From positions 2,577 to 66,576 of the forward strand of contig JAJZOG010000014.1 of assembly GCA_021811585.1 (NCBI GenBank): DNA of 64,000 nucleotides, read 5' to 3'. The notes under the pieces are model-generated. The model searched no databases and was not told the origin of the DNA. It was given only the letters and a program-made list of their open reading frames with translations. Source of the stretch: a bacterium (GTDB lineage Bacteria > Patescibacteriota > Doudnabacteria > UBA920 > VMFF01). A program made the position numbers and the translations under genes. Of the stretch, positions 9,227-18,665 are shown in pieces (the first letter of the stretch is position 1; the number at the start of each line of letters is the position of its first letter).

Positions 9227-9293
9227 CATGGTTTCGCAGATTTTTTCATTTCATTTTTTCGTCTCATTTTCACCTAATTTTTCATCCAATTTA

Positions 9294-11450
9294 ATGCCCA
9301 AATCAATCCAAAAAAATTCAAAAGGAGATAATCGGAAAAAATCAGCCGGCAATGCGCCGGCATCCAAATCCTCTTACGGCGCGGAACAAATAACTGTGCT
9401 GGAAGGCCTTGATCCTGTCCGCAAACGTCCGGGAATGTATATTGGCTCCACGGGTGAAGCGGGGTTGCATCATTTAATTTGGGAAGTTGTGGATAACTCT
9501 GTTGATGAGGCCATGGCAGGATATGCCAGTAAAATTGAAGTGATTTTGCAGAAAGATGGCGGGTGCACTGTTATTGATAACGGCCGCGGCATTCCCGTTG
9601 ACATTCACAAGCAAACCAAAAAATCCGCTCTTGAAACGGTTATGACTGTTTTGCACGCTGGCGGAAAATTCGGCGGAGAAGCGTCCGGCTACAAGGTTTC
9701 GGGCGGCTTGCACGGAGTTGGCGTTAGCGTTGTAAATGCGCTTTCCACGGACATGATTACGCAAGTGCGCCGAGACGGAAAAATTTACGAACAGCATTTC
9801 AAGATAGGAAAGCCGCAGGGCAAAGTGAAGGAAATCGGCAAAATTGCTGCAAACGACCAGTACAAAAGCGGAACGAAACAGACGTTCTATCCGGACGTTT
9901 CGATTTTTTCAGCAACCGAATTTAAATTAAAAACAGTGCTCGAGCATTTGCGCTCGCAAGCGTATTTGACGCGCGGCTTGCATTTCAAAATCACGGACGA
10001 GCGCGACTCTCTGACATATCAATATTATTTTGAGGGCGGAATAATTTCGTACATCAAGCAAATCAATCGCAAAAAAAAGGCCAAGCACGATCCTATTTAC
10101 ATAAATAAAACGGTTGATGAAATTATGGTTGAAATTGCTGTGCAGTACACGGACGATTTCGATGAAACGGTTTTGGCATACGCGAATAATGAATATAATC
10201 CCGAAGGCGGCATGCACGTGACCGGTTTTCGCACCGCGCTGACCCGTTCCATAAACAATTACGCGGCCAAGAACGGATTTGTAAAAGAAAGCGATAAGCT
10301 TACCGGCGAAGATATGCGCGAAGGCCTGACTGCGATAATTTCCGTGAAGCTGCCGAACCCGCAGTTCGAAGGCCAGACAAAAGCAAAGCTCGGCAATCCC
10401 GAAGTGCGCACTGCAGTGGAATCGGTTGTCGGCGGGGCGCTTGAAATTTATTTTGAAGAACATCCCGGCGACGCTTCCAAAATAATGGAAAAGGTAATTT
10501 TGGCGTCAAAGGCGCGCCTTGCCGCGCGCGCCGCGCGCGAATCCGTTATCCGCAAGGGCATTTTGGAAGGTTTGGCTTTGCCCGGAAAATTGGCAGATTG
10601 TTCGGAAAAGGATCCGAGCGCGTGCGAGATATATATTGTGGAAGGCGATAGCGCCGGTGGCACGGCAAAACAGGGTCGCGACAGAAAATACCAGGCAATT
10701 TTGCCGCTGCGCGGAAAAATTTTGAACGTTGAGCGCGCGCGGCTGGATCGCATGCTTGGCAGCGAGCAAATCAAGAATTTGGTTATTGCCATGGGCGCCG
10801 GAGTGGGCGAGCAGTTTGACATTGAAAAGATGCGCTACCATCGCTTGATAATCATGACTGATGCCGATGTTGACGGCGCGCACATCCGCACTTTGCTTTT
10901 GACTTTGTTTTACAGATATTTCCCCGAAGTGATTCGTCGCGGCTATTTGTACATTGCCCAGCCGCCGCTTTTCCGCGTGCAAGTTGGCAAACAATTCCAA
11001 TACGCGTTTTCGGAAAGCGAGCGCGATGAAATTTTGGAGGATTTGCTTGCGGAGCGCGAAGCCGGGAAAAAATTAAAAGAAAAAGGCAAGGGCAAAAAAG
11101 GCGAAGCAGGGCGAAGCCCGGAAGGACCGAAGTTGGATGAAACCGGCGAAGCGGATAGCACTTCCTCACCGGCAGAGCAAGTTGGCGAAGATGGCGCTCC
11201 TGCCGGAACTGCGGTCGAAGAGGGCAAAAAAGGATACAGCGTTCAGCGCTACAAAGGCCTTGGCGAGATGAATGCCGAGCAGTTGTGGGAGACAACCATG
11301 AATCCTGAAAACCGCGTGATTGTCAGGGTACAAATTGATGATGCGGAAAAGGCTTCCGAGGTTTTTGAAACATTAATGGGCGACGAGGTTGCGCCGCGCA
11401 AGCGCTTCATCCAAACGCACGCGAAATCGGTGAAAAATCTTGATGTCTAG
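9294..11450 (+). CDS. gyrB: DNA gyrase subunit B
   Basis: VRKRPGMYIG, EVVDNSVDE, HAGGKF, SGGLHGVGVS, VEGDSAGG, PLRGKILN, MTDADVDG, RYKGLGEMN; ATG at 9294. Confidence 0.95.
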   Translation: MPKSIQKNSKGDNRKKSAGNAPASKSSYGAEQITVLEGLDPVRKRPGMYIGSTGEAGLHHLIWEVVDNSVDEAMAGYASKIEVILQKDGGCTVIDNGRGIPVDIHKQTKKSALETVMTVLHAGGKFGGEASGYKVSGGLHGVGVSVVNALSTDMITQVRRDGKIYEQHFKIGKPQGKVKEIGKIAANDQYKSGTKQTFYPDVSIFSATEFKLKTVLEHLRSQAYLTRGLHFKITDERDSLTYQYYFEGGIISYIKQINRKKKAKHDPIYINKTVDEIMVEIAVQYTDDFDETVLAYANNEYNPEGGMHVTGFRTALTRSINNYAAKNGFVKESDKLTGEDMREGLTAIISVKLPNPQFEGQTKAKLGNPEVRTAVESVVGGALEIYFEEHPGDASKIMEKVILASKARLAARAARESVIRKGILEGLALPGKLADCSEKDPSACEIYIVEGDSAGGTAKQGRDRKYQAILPLRGKILNVERARLDRMLGSEQIKNLVIAMGAGVGEQFDIEKMRYHRLIIMTDADVDGAHIRTLLLTLFYRYFPEVIRRGYLYIAQPPLFRVQVGKQFQYAFSESERDEILEDLLAEREAGKKLKEKGKGKKGEAGRSPEGPKLDETGEADSTSSPAEQVGEDGAPAGTAVEEGKKGYSVQRYKGLGEMNAEQLWETTMNPENRVIVRVQIDDAEKASEVFETLMGDEVAPRKRFIQTHAKSVKNLDV

Positions 11451-11508
11451 GCGAATCTTCTGTAAAAATTTGCAATTTGCCGCCAATGCATCCGCGAAGA
11501 TTCACAGC

Positions 11509-11537
11509 TTGCCTTCTTTTTTGAGCTGTGTTATAAT
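11509..11537 (+). promoter_or_regulatory. sigma70 promoter for secE-nusG
   Basis: TTGCCT-17 nt-TATAAT with extended -10 TG. Confidence 0.75.
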
Positions 11538-11722
11538 TCCCTCGGAAATAAAAAAGGCCCAAAGGCCTTTTAAAAAAGCCCAAAAATTTTGAGATTTTTG
11601 AAATTTCGCGAATTTGAAATCCCGCGAATTGAGATTTTCAAAATCCCGATTTTCAAAATCCCGAGAATTTTGAAAAGAATTTTGAAAGTCAAACTTATTA
11701 TAAAAAATTATTAAAGACAAAC

Positions 11723-11908
11723 ATGGCAAAAATCATCCAGTTTTTTGTGGACGTTAAGAATGAACTTTTAAAAGTTGTCTGGCCTTCAAAAGGCGACACT
11801 TTAAAATATACCGCCATTGTGATTGTTTTCTCCGCTGTCATGGCCGCGATTTTGTCGGCGGCGGATTACGGTCTCCTCCAGGTTTTGGAAAAATTTATTA
11901 ACAGATAA
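11723..11908 (+). CDS. secE: Preprotein translocase subunit SecE
   Basis: ELLKVVWPS motif, single TM, upstream of nusG. Confidence 0.95.
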   Translation: MAKIIQFFVDVKNELLKVVWPSKGDTLKYTAIVIVFSAVMAAILSAADYGLLQVLEKFINR

Positions 11909-11963
11909 ATACTGCGCCAAGCGCTTCGGCGCAAAGCCGGTGAGATTCTTCAAAAAATAAACT

Positions 11964-12509
11964 ATGCCGCGACAGCAGGTAACAGGAGAAAAACATTGGT
12001 ATGTTCTGCATACCTATTCGGGATACGAGGATAGCGTTGCTTTCAATTTGAAGCAGCGCATTGAATCCATGGGCATGCAGGATAAAATTTTTGATGTCAT
12101 CGTGCCCAAAGAAAAGAAAATTAAAATCCGCGAAGGAAAAAGGACCACGGTTGAAGAAAAAATTTTTCCCGGATATGTCTTGGTTGAGATGATTGTAACG
12201 GATGATTCATGGTATGTGGTGCGCAACACCCCTAATGTTACCGGTTTCGTGGGTTCCGGCACCGTGCCTACTCCGATTTCCGAAGATGAGATTAAGGCCT
12301 TGCAAAAGCGCATGGGCGTAGAAGAACCCAAATACAAAATTGATTTTGCAATAAACGATTTGGTGCGCATTACCGACGGCCCGTTCAAGGATTACGAAGG
12401 CAAGGTTTCCGAGATTGACGAGCAAAAAGGCAAGGTCAAGGTTTTGGTTTCTATTTTCGGAAGAGAAACCCCGGTTGAGCTCGATTTTTTACAAGTGAAA
12501 AAATCATAA
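11964..12509 (+). CDS. nusG: Transcription termination/antitermination factor NusG
   Basis: WYVLHTYSGYE, FPGYVLVEM, VRNTPNVTGFVG, KOW, IFGRETPVEL. Confidence 0.97.
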   Translation: MPRQQVTGEKHWYVLHTYSGYEDSVAFNLKQRIESMGMQDKIFDVIVPKEKKIKIREGKRTTVEEKIFPGYVLVEMIVTDDSWYVVRNTPNVTGFVGSGTVPTPISEDEIKALQKRMGVEEPKYKIDFAINDLVRITDGPFKDYEGKVSEIDEQKGKVKVLVSIFGRETPVELDFLQVKKS

Positions 12510-12631
12510 TTTAATTAATAGCCGAAAGGCGAAGAGAAAGGATGGTTGACGGCTCTGCAGCCGCCTCGCCGAATCGTAGGACGAGTCCCGACAAAATCCG
12601 GGCGAATGCAATTCGGTTACCATGCAAGACA

Positions 12632-13057
12632 ATGGCAAAAAAAGTAAAAACCATAATTAAGATCCAGCTTCCTGCCGGCAAAGCAACGCCTGCGCCGCCT
12701 GTCGGTACTGCGCTCGGCCCGCACGGCATTAATATCGGCGAATTTACGAAACAGTTTAATGAGAAAACCGCGCCAATGGGCGACCTGATTATTCCCGCCG
12801 AAATTACTATTTTTGAAGACCGCAGTTTCAGCTTTATTTTAAAGACACCCCCTGCTTCCATATTAATAATGAAAGCGATCGGTTTGGAAAAGGGTTCTGC
12901 AAACCCTCTTAAAAATAAAGTCGGCAAGATTACCCGGGCAAAAGTGCGCGAAATTGCCGAAAAGAAAATGCCTGATTTGAACGCAACCAGCATTGAAGCC
13001 GCGGAAAAAATCGTTGCCGGAACAGCCAGATCAATGGGCGTGGAAGTTGTGGATTAA
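12632..13057 (+). CDS. rplK: 50S ribosomal protein L11
   Basis: [29 protein letters not shown]...GTARSMG; ATG at 12632. Confidence 0.97.
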   Translation: MAKKVKTIIKIQLPAGKATPAPPVGTALGPHGINIGEFTKQFNEKTAPMGDLIIPAEITIFEDRSFSFILKTPPASILIMKAIGLEKGSANPLKNKVGKITRAKVREIAEKKMPDLNATSIEAAEKIVAGTARSMGVEVVD

Positions 13058-13085
13058 TAAGATTAAGTTTAAATAATAATTAATT

Positions 13086-13113
13086 GTGGGAGAGCGAAAG
13101 CTCGCAAAACCAC
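13086..13113 (+). promoter_or_regulatory. L1-binding autoregulatory mRNA element upstream of rplA
   Basis: GTGG-GA-GAGC(GAAA)GCTC-GCAAAA-CCAC matches the GUGGGAG...ACCAC L1 leader layout. Confidence 0.75.
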
Positions 13114-13160
13114 TAAGTTTAATCCGCTTGGGTTTGTAAGAGCGGATCAAAGGACGAAAA

Positions 13161-13844
13161 ATGCCGAATATTTCAAAAAGGCAAAAAAATAATTTAACTT
13201 TGCTGGAGAAAGACAAAATCTATTTTCCGGAAGAGGCCATTGAGATGGCCAAAAAAACAGCTAACACCAAATTCAGGGCTTCCATTGAAGTGCATGTGCG
13301 CTTGGGTATTGATCCGAAGCAGAGCGATCAGGGCGTGCGCGGATCTGTCCGTTTGCCTGCGGGCACGGGAAAATCCAAAAAAATTGCCGCTTTTGTAACC
13401 GAGGCAAAAGAAAAAGAAGCCAGAGCCGCTGGCGCTGAACTTGTGGGCGGCGAGGATTTGGTGAAAAAAATAAAGGAAACCGGCAAAACAGATTTTGATA
13501 TTGCGGTCGCCGAACCCGCGATGATGAAAAATTTGGCGCAGGTTGCCAAAATTTTAGGCCAAAGGGGATTAATGCCAAACCCTAAAACAGGAACCGTTTC
13601 CGAACATGTTGGCGCCGCGATTAAGGAAATCGCAGCCGGAAAAGTGGAATTTAAAAACGACGATTCCGGGAATTTGCATCAGATAATAGGCAAAGCGGAT
13701 TTTGACACCGAAAAATTGATGCAGAATTTCCGCGCCTTTGTTGACGCGGTTAATGCCGCAAAGCCGGCATCGGTTAAAAAACAGTTTGTTTTGGGCATCA
13801 GCGTGAATGCCACAATGGGGCCCGGAATAAAAGTTAAGATTTAA
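13161..13844 (+). CDS. rplA: 50S ribosomal protein L1
   Basis: LGIDPKQSDQGVRG, LGQRGLMPNPKTGTV, TMGPGIKV. Confidence 0.97.
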   Translation: MPNISKRQKNNLTLLEKDKIYFPEEAIEMAKKTANTKFRASIEVHVRLGIDPKQSDQGVRGSVRLPAGTGKSKKIAAFVTEAKEKEARAAGAELVGGEDLVKKIKETGKTDFDIAVAEPAMMKNLAQVAKILGQRGLMPNPKTGTVSEHVGAAIKEIAAGKVEFKNDDSGNLHQIIGKADFDTEKLMQNFRAFVDAVNAAKPASVKKQFVLGISVNATMGPGIKVKI

Positions 13845-13864
13845 GGAATAATTAATTTCCGCTT

Positions 13865-14455
13865 ATGATTCTTTCCGACAAAGACATAAAAAAAGCGCTC
13901 CAAGAAGGCAGGATATCCGTGGACCCTCTTTTCCCGGATGCAATCCAGCCGGCTTCCGTGGACCTGCATCTTGGCAATGAGTTCTTAATTTTCAAAAGCA
14001 CTTCCAATGTTTGCATAGATGTAAAGGAACCGCTGGATAATTCCATGGAAAAAGTAATTATTGATAAGGACCGCCCGTTTATTTTGCATCCGGCTGAATT
14101 TGCGTTGGGATTAACTTATGAAACGGTTGGAGTGGCCGCCGATATGGTCGGGCGGCTTGAGGGCAAAAGCTCGCTTGGCAGAATCGGCTTGATTATCCAC
14201 GCGACAGCCGGCTATATTGACCCGGGCAATAAATTGAAAGTGACTTTGGAATTGCATAATATCGCAACCTTGCCGATCAAGCTTTATTACAAAATGCCCA
14301 TTGCACAAATGTCTTTCACGCCGCTTTCTTCGCCGGCGGAAACCCCGTACGGTGCGGAAAAACTGGGAAGCAAATATTACGGCGCGACAACTCCGCAGGC
14401 ATCCCAGTACTATAAAAATTTTATAAATAATAAATGGGAAGAATTCCGGGGCTGA
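13865..14455 (+). CDS. dcd: dCTP deaminase
   Basis: MILSDKDI, IQPASVDLHL, EGKSSLGRIGL, TAGYIDPG, TLEL. Confidence 0.93.
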   Translation: MILSDKDIKKALQEGRISVDPLFPDAIQPASVDLHLGNEFLIFKSTSNVCIDVKEPLDNSMEKVIIDKDRPFILHPAEFALGLTYETVGVAADMVGRLEGKSSLGRIGLIIHATAGYIDPGNKLKVTLELHNIATLPIKLYYKMPIAQMSFTPLSSPAETPYGAEKLGSKYYGATTPQASQYYKNFINNKWEEFRG

Positions 14456-14536
14456 TTTAAGCCGTGGAATTTTTTCTTTGGCGTCAAAAGCACAGCGCCA
14501 AAAACGCAGCGCCAAAAGCGCGGGGCAAAAACATCA

Positions 14537-14986
14537 ATGAAATCCGCCCAAGCAAAAATTACAAAATTATACTCCGGCGTCGAAACGCCGAAATACCACA
14601 GCGAAGAAGCCACCGGTTTTGATATTGCTTCCGCGGAGGACATTATTATAAAACCCGGCGAAACCCCGCTCATTAAAACCGGGCTTATTATTGAAGCGCC
14701 TGAAGGCCACTTTATACTTTTGGCGGCGCGCAGCAGTTTGCCCGTGAAAAAAGGGCTCATGCTTGCCAATGGCGTGGGAATTTTAGATAGGGATTTTTGC
14801 GGGCCAGACGATGAAATAAAAATTCAAGTTTATAATTTCACGAATCGCGACGTTGCGGTTTCAAAAGGCGAGCGCATTGCCCAGGGCATTTGCATCCCGG
14901 TAACCAGGGCGCAATTTCTTGAGGCGGAAAAAATAAAATCAGCTTCCCGCGGCAGCCACGGATCCACAGGGGGATACAATGCATAA
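14537..14986 (+). CDS. dut: dUTP diphosphatase (trimeric dUTPase)
   Basis: GFDI, ARSSL, GILDRDF, GERIAQ, RGSHGSTG. Confidence 0.93.
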   Translation: MKSAQAKITKLYSGVETPKYHSEEATGFDIASAEDIIIKPGETPLIKTGLIIEAPEGHFILLAARSSLPVKKGLMLANGVGILDRDFCGPDDEIKIQVYNFTNRDVAVSKGERIAQGICIPVTRAQFLEAEKIKSASRGSHGSTGGYNA

Positions 14987-15533
14987 GACGGCGGTTCTGG
15001 GCCTGGCCGGCGAATTCCTTTCCGGCAAATCCACTGCCGCGGCTTTTTACGTTCAAAAATTCGGCGCGAAAAAATTACGTTTTTCAACGGTCCTTGACGA
15101 TATTTTAGGGATTTTGGCTTTGCCCATAACGCGCGATAACGAGCAAAAGCTGGCTCTTTGCCTGCGCGAAGTTTTTGGCGAAGCCGTCATTGCGGAAACG
15201 CTTGTAAAATCCGTGGAATCATCCAAGCGCGGCGTCTTCATCGTGGACGGCTTGCGCAAATATGAAGAGATAACCGTGCTCAAGAGATTGCCGAATTTTA
15301 AGCTCATATATATAGAATCTTCTCTGCAGAAAAGGTTCGCGCGCTTGCAGGGCAGGGATGAAAAGCAGGGCGAAAAGATTTTAACTTTGGAGCAATTTGC
15401 CAAAAGCCACGAGCACGAATCGGACAAGGATGTCCCAAAGCTTAAACAGTATGCGAATTTTGTAATTGATAATGACGGTACGCAAGAAGCCTTGGAACAA
15501 AAATTGACGCAGGCATTAACAGAATCGTTATGA
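14979..15533 (+). CDS. P-loop NMP-kinase-like protein (dephospho-CoA kinase/UPF0200-like), copy 1
   Basis: GLAGEFLSGKST, IVDGLR, RFARLQGR, IDNDGT. Confidence 0.75.
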   Translation: MHKTAVLGLAGEFLSGKSTAAAFYVQKFGAKKLRFSTVLDDILGILALPITRDNEQKLALCLREVFGEAVIAETLVKSVESSKRGVFIVDGLRKYEEITVLKRLPNFKLIYIESSLQKRFARLQGRDEKQGEKILTLEQFAKSHEHESDKDVPKLKQYANFVIDNDGTQEALEQKLTQALTESL

Positions 15534-16075
15534 AAGTAATAGGAATTATCGGCCCGAAAGCTGCAGGCAAAGAAACAGTGGCAAAATATTTGCACCGCAA
15601 GCTGGGCGGTGCGGTTTACACGCATTCACAGATCTTGGACCAGGTTTTGGATGTTTTGAAAATTCCTAAAACGCGCGACAATGAAATTAAGCTGGTAAAT
15701 TTGAGAAAAATTTTCGGGCCCAGGGTTTTGCCGGATGCCTTGAATAAAAAAATCCGGGACGATGCGCCCAAATATGCCTTTGTAACCGGAATTAGGTTCA
15801 CCAGCGAATATGAAAATATCCGTTCCTTCGAAAAAAATAAAATAATTTATGTTGACGCCCCAATGGAAGCCAGGTACCAAAGGCACCTTGAACGCAAGGA
15901 GAAAGCGGACGACAGCAGCATCAGCTTTGTGAAATTTTCGGAAATGGAAAATGCGGAAACCGAGATTTATATCAGGGAACTTGGCGTCCAGGCGGATTTT
16001 CGGATCGACAACAGCGGTTTGCTTGAGGATTTATATAAAAAGATAGATAATATAATTGAAGAGATATGCCGATAA
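15530..16075 (+). CDS. P-loop NMP-kinase-like protein, copy 2
   Basis: GIIGPKAAGKET, TGIR, DAPMEARYQR, IDNSG; shares TRDNE with copy 1. Confidence 0.75.
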   Translation: MKVIGIIGPKAAGKETVAKYLHRKLGGAVYTHSQILDQVLDVLKIPKTRDNEIKLVNLRKIFGPRVLPDALNKKIRDDAPKYAFVTGIRFTSEYENIRSFEKNKIIYVDAPMEARYQRHLERKEKADDSSISFVKFSEMENAETEIYIRELGVQADFRIDNSGLLEDLYKKIDNIIEEICR

Positions 16076-16815
16076 TAAAAAAACCGAAAAATAAAAAAGC
16101 GAAAAACAGGGGAGCGTTTATTGTCATGGACGGCACTGACGGCTCTGGGAAAAGAACGCAAACCGAACTTTTAATGCAGACCTTGCGGTTTGAGGGGTAT
16201 GATTGCGAGGCCATAAGCTTTCCGCAATACGGGCAAAAATCAGCGGGCCTTGTTGAGGAATATTTGAATGGAAAATACGGCAAAACAGGCCCGTATGTGA
16301 GTTCTATTTTTTATGCGGCAGACCGTTTTGATGCCAGCTTTAAAATCCGCAAATGGCTGGAAGACGGCAAGATCGTGATTTCCGACAGATATGTGACGGC
16401 AAATGCCGGACATCAGGGCGGAAAAATTTCAAGCCAGGCGGAGCGCATAAAATATTTCAAATGGCTTGATAATCTTGAGTACAATATTTTTCAGATCCCC
16501 AAGCCCGATTTGAACATAATTCTGCACATGCCCGCAAAAATGGCGCAAAAGCTGATTGGCTTAAAGCCGAAGGAAACCAGGACGTATATTACGGGCAAAT
16601 CAAAAAAAGATTTGCACGAGGGGGATTTAAAGCATTTAAAAAACGCGGAAAAGGTCTTTATGGAAATCGCGCAGCTTTTTCCGAATACAAAAATGGTTAC
16701 TTGCGTGGAAGAAGGCAAACTTTTAACGCCGCAGCAGATTCATAATAAAATTTGGAACCTGGTGCGCAGAATTGCGCTTGCCAGAAACGAAAAAGCCGTT
16801 GTAGTAAGCCGCTAG
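16066..16815 (+). CDS. tmk: Thymidylate kinase
   Basis: FIVMDGTDGSGKRTQ, FYAADRF, ISDRY, PKPDL. Confidence 0.92.
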   Translation: MPIIKKPKNKKAKNRGAFIVMDGTDGSGKRTQTELLMQTLRFEGYDCEAISFPQYGQKSAGLVEEYLNGKYGKTGPYVSSIFYAADRFDASFKIRKWLEDGKIVISDRYVTANAGHQGGKISSQAERIKYFKWLDNLEYNIFQIPKPDLNIILHMPAKMAQKLIGLKPKETRTYITGKSKKDLHEGDLKHLKNAEKVFMEIAQLFPNTKMVTCVEEGKLLTPQQIHNKIWNLVRRIALARNEKAVVVSR

Positions 16816-16821
16816 AACCCT

Positions 16822-16922
16822 CTATCAACTGCCAACTATTAACTACCAACTATTAACTACCAACTACTAACTACTATCTATCAACCTATTAACTACCAAC
16901 TACTATCTACCAACTACCACCT
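16822..16922. repeat. Heptamer tandem array (CTAYYAA)n, about 14 units, running into the thyX ATG
   Basis: ctatcaa ctgccaa ctattaa ctaccaa ctattaa ctaccaa ctactaa ... ctaccac ctATG. Confidence 0.9.
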
Positions 16923-18641
16923 ATGTTTACAGACGAAGAAAAAAATATTTTACAAAAATATGTAACCTCGGCCGAAGACAATGTTTTCGCGATCAAGGGT
17001 TTAAGTGGAATCGTCGGCGCGGTTTATGCGAGATATTCGCGCGCAAAAGGCGGTTTCCGCGAAACTTTGCTTAAGGAATTTGTCCAAGAGGGAAATATTG
17101 ATCCAAAGCACGCGGACGAATTGATTGCGCGCGTTTTAGTGGCTTACGGCGACGATAGCGTCGGCGAGCTTGAGGGGGCGCATGTTTCCTTTGAGAAGAT
17201 TTCAATTCTTTCGACAAAGGAAATTGAAGACCACCGCATCGGCGGATCGCCGATAGAGCAATCCACGCGCTATGTTTTTTACGATCAAAAAGACGACAGC
17301 GGCAGTTGGTTGTATTACAGAGGCGCGGAGCTTGCCGAAAATCCTAAATTCGGAAAGCAATACTTGCAAACCATGGATTTTATTTTCCAAACATACGCGG
17401 ATTTGGTTGAGCCCATGAGGAATTATTTTATGGCTTTAAAGCCCTTGGAATCGGCTGAATATGATATTAACGGCGACGGCGCCAAGGAAAAATGGTCGGA
17501 TCTTACAAATGAAAAAGACCAGAAAGCTTTTAAAATCACTTATAATGCGGATTTAAGAACAAAGGCCTGCGATACGCTGCGCGCGCTTTTGCCTCTTTCA
17601 ACTTTCACGAATGTCGGCATGTTTGGCAACGGCAGATTTTTTCAGACAGTAATTACGCATTTGCTGAGCCAGGACATGCCTGAATTCAAAGGCATAGGCG
17701 AAAAAGCGCTTGCGGCGCTTTCGGAAGTGATTCCGCAATATGTGCGCCGCGCGAAGAGGAACGAATATGATGCGGGCATAAGGCAGGCAATGTATGGGCT
17801 TGCAGGCGAGGTTTTCGGGGATGAAATTGGAAAGCCGCCCGCCTTGCCGCATTACGAACTTTTGGACAAAGGTGAGCGCTTTATAGTTCGTAAATTTGAT
17901 GAAATCCGCAAATCCAAGCCGCAGGCAGGCGAGGCCGATATTCTAACCGAGGCAATGCAGTATGCCGATGATTTGCGCGAGATGGCTAACATTATTTATC
18001 CTTTTTCGGGGCTTTCCATGAACGCATTGATGGATAAAATTTCGAAAATGAATGATGCGCAAAAAGAAAAAATCATCAAAACATATATTGGCGAACGAAA
18101 AACCAGGCGCGACCGTCCGGGGCGCGGATTGGAAAGCGGCTATGAATATAATTTTGATTTGGTCACGAACTGGGGCGTCTATAAGGATTTGATGCGCCAC
18201 AGAATAAATAGCCAACAGCGGCAATTATTTACGACCAAAATCGGTTTTTACATGCCAGAGGAATTGGTTAATGCCGGGCTTGAGGAAAAAGCGCTCGAAT
18301 GCGTGAGCAAAGCAGGCGCTTTGTACGATTTAATCGCTGAGCAGGATCGCGTTTTGGCGCAGTACGCTGTTTTGCACGGGCATTATGTGCGCTGGAGCAT
18401 GTCCTTTAATGATCGCGAAGCCATTCATATGCTGGAACTGCGTTCTACTCCGCAAGGCCACCCTAATTACCGCCTGGCGGCGCAAGCCATGCATAAATTA
18501 ATTGAGCAACGAAGCAAGTGGCGCGCGGAAATAATGAGTTTCGTTGACCATAATGATTATTATTGGTCGCGGGGAGATTCCGAGGCAAAGCAAAGGGTTA
18601 AAGAAAAAGAGTTGGACGAGCAATTTAAGCCCAAGCCCTAA
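16923..18641 (+). CDS. thyX: FAD-dependent thymidylate synthase, two-domain ThyX
   Basis: ARYSR, YGDDSVGEL, EQSTRYV in the N-domain; DLMRHR, ELRSTPQGHPNYR in the C-domain; follows tmk. Confidence 0.88.
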   Translation: MFTDEEKNILQKYVTSAEDNVFAIKGLSGIVGAVYARYSRAKGGFRETLLKEFVQEGNIDPKHADELIARVLVAYGDDSVGELEGAHVSFEKISILSTKEIEDHRIGGSPIEQSTRYVFYDQKDDSGSWLYYRGAELAENPKFGKQYLQTMDFIFQTYADLVEPMRNYFMALKPLESAEYDINGDGAKEKWSDLTNEKDQKAFKITYNADLRTKACDTLRALLPLSTFTNVGMFGNGRFFQTVITHLLSQDMPEFKGIGEKALAALSEVIPQYVRRAKRNEYDAGIRQAMYGLAGEVFGDEIGKPPALPHYELLDKGERFIVRKFDEIRKSKPQAGEADILTEAMQYADDLREMANIIYPFSGLSMNALMDKISKMNDAQKEKIIKTYIGERKTRRDRPGRGLESGYEYNFDLVTNWGVYKDLMRHRINSQQRQLFTTKIGFYMPEELVNAGLEEKALECVSKAGALYDLIAEQDRVLAQYAVLHGHYVRWSMSFNDREAIHMLELRSTPQGHPNYRLAAQAMHKLIEQRSKWRAEIMSFVDHNDYYWSRGDSEAKQRVKEKELDEQFKPKP

Positions 18642-18665
18642 TCTGCCCGCGGCGCGGAAATAAAA

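Noticed and set aside
9150-9293. N-terminal extensions in the ORF track (gyrB from 9150; likewise rplK 12542, ftsE 19745, ftsX 20454, secF 57407, patatin 63632)
   Set aside because: They run through repeats, leaders or neighbouring genes; family similarity begins at downstream ATGs
11451-11722. tRNA-Trp expected upstream of secE; ORF 11502-11729 minus
   Set aside because: No cloverleaf or TTCGA T-loop was found; the ORF only translates the repeat tract
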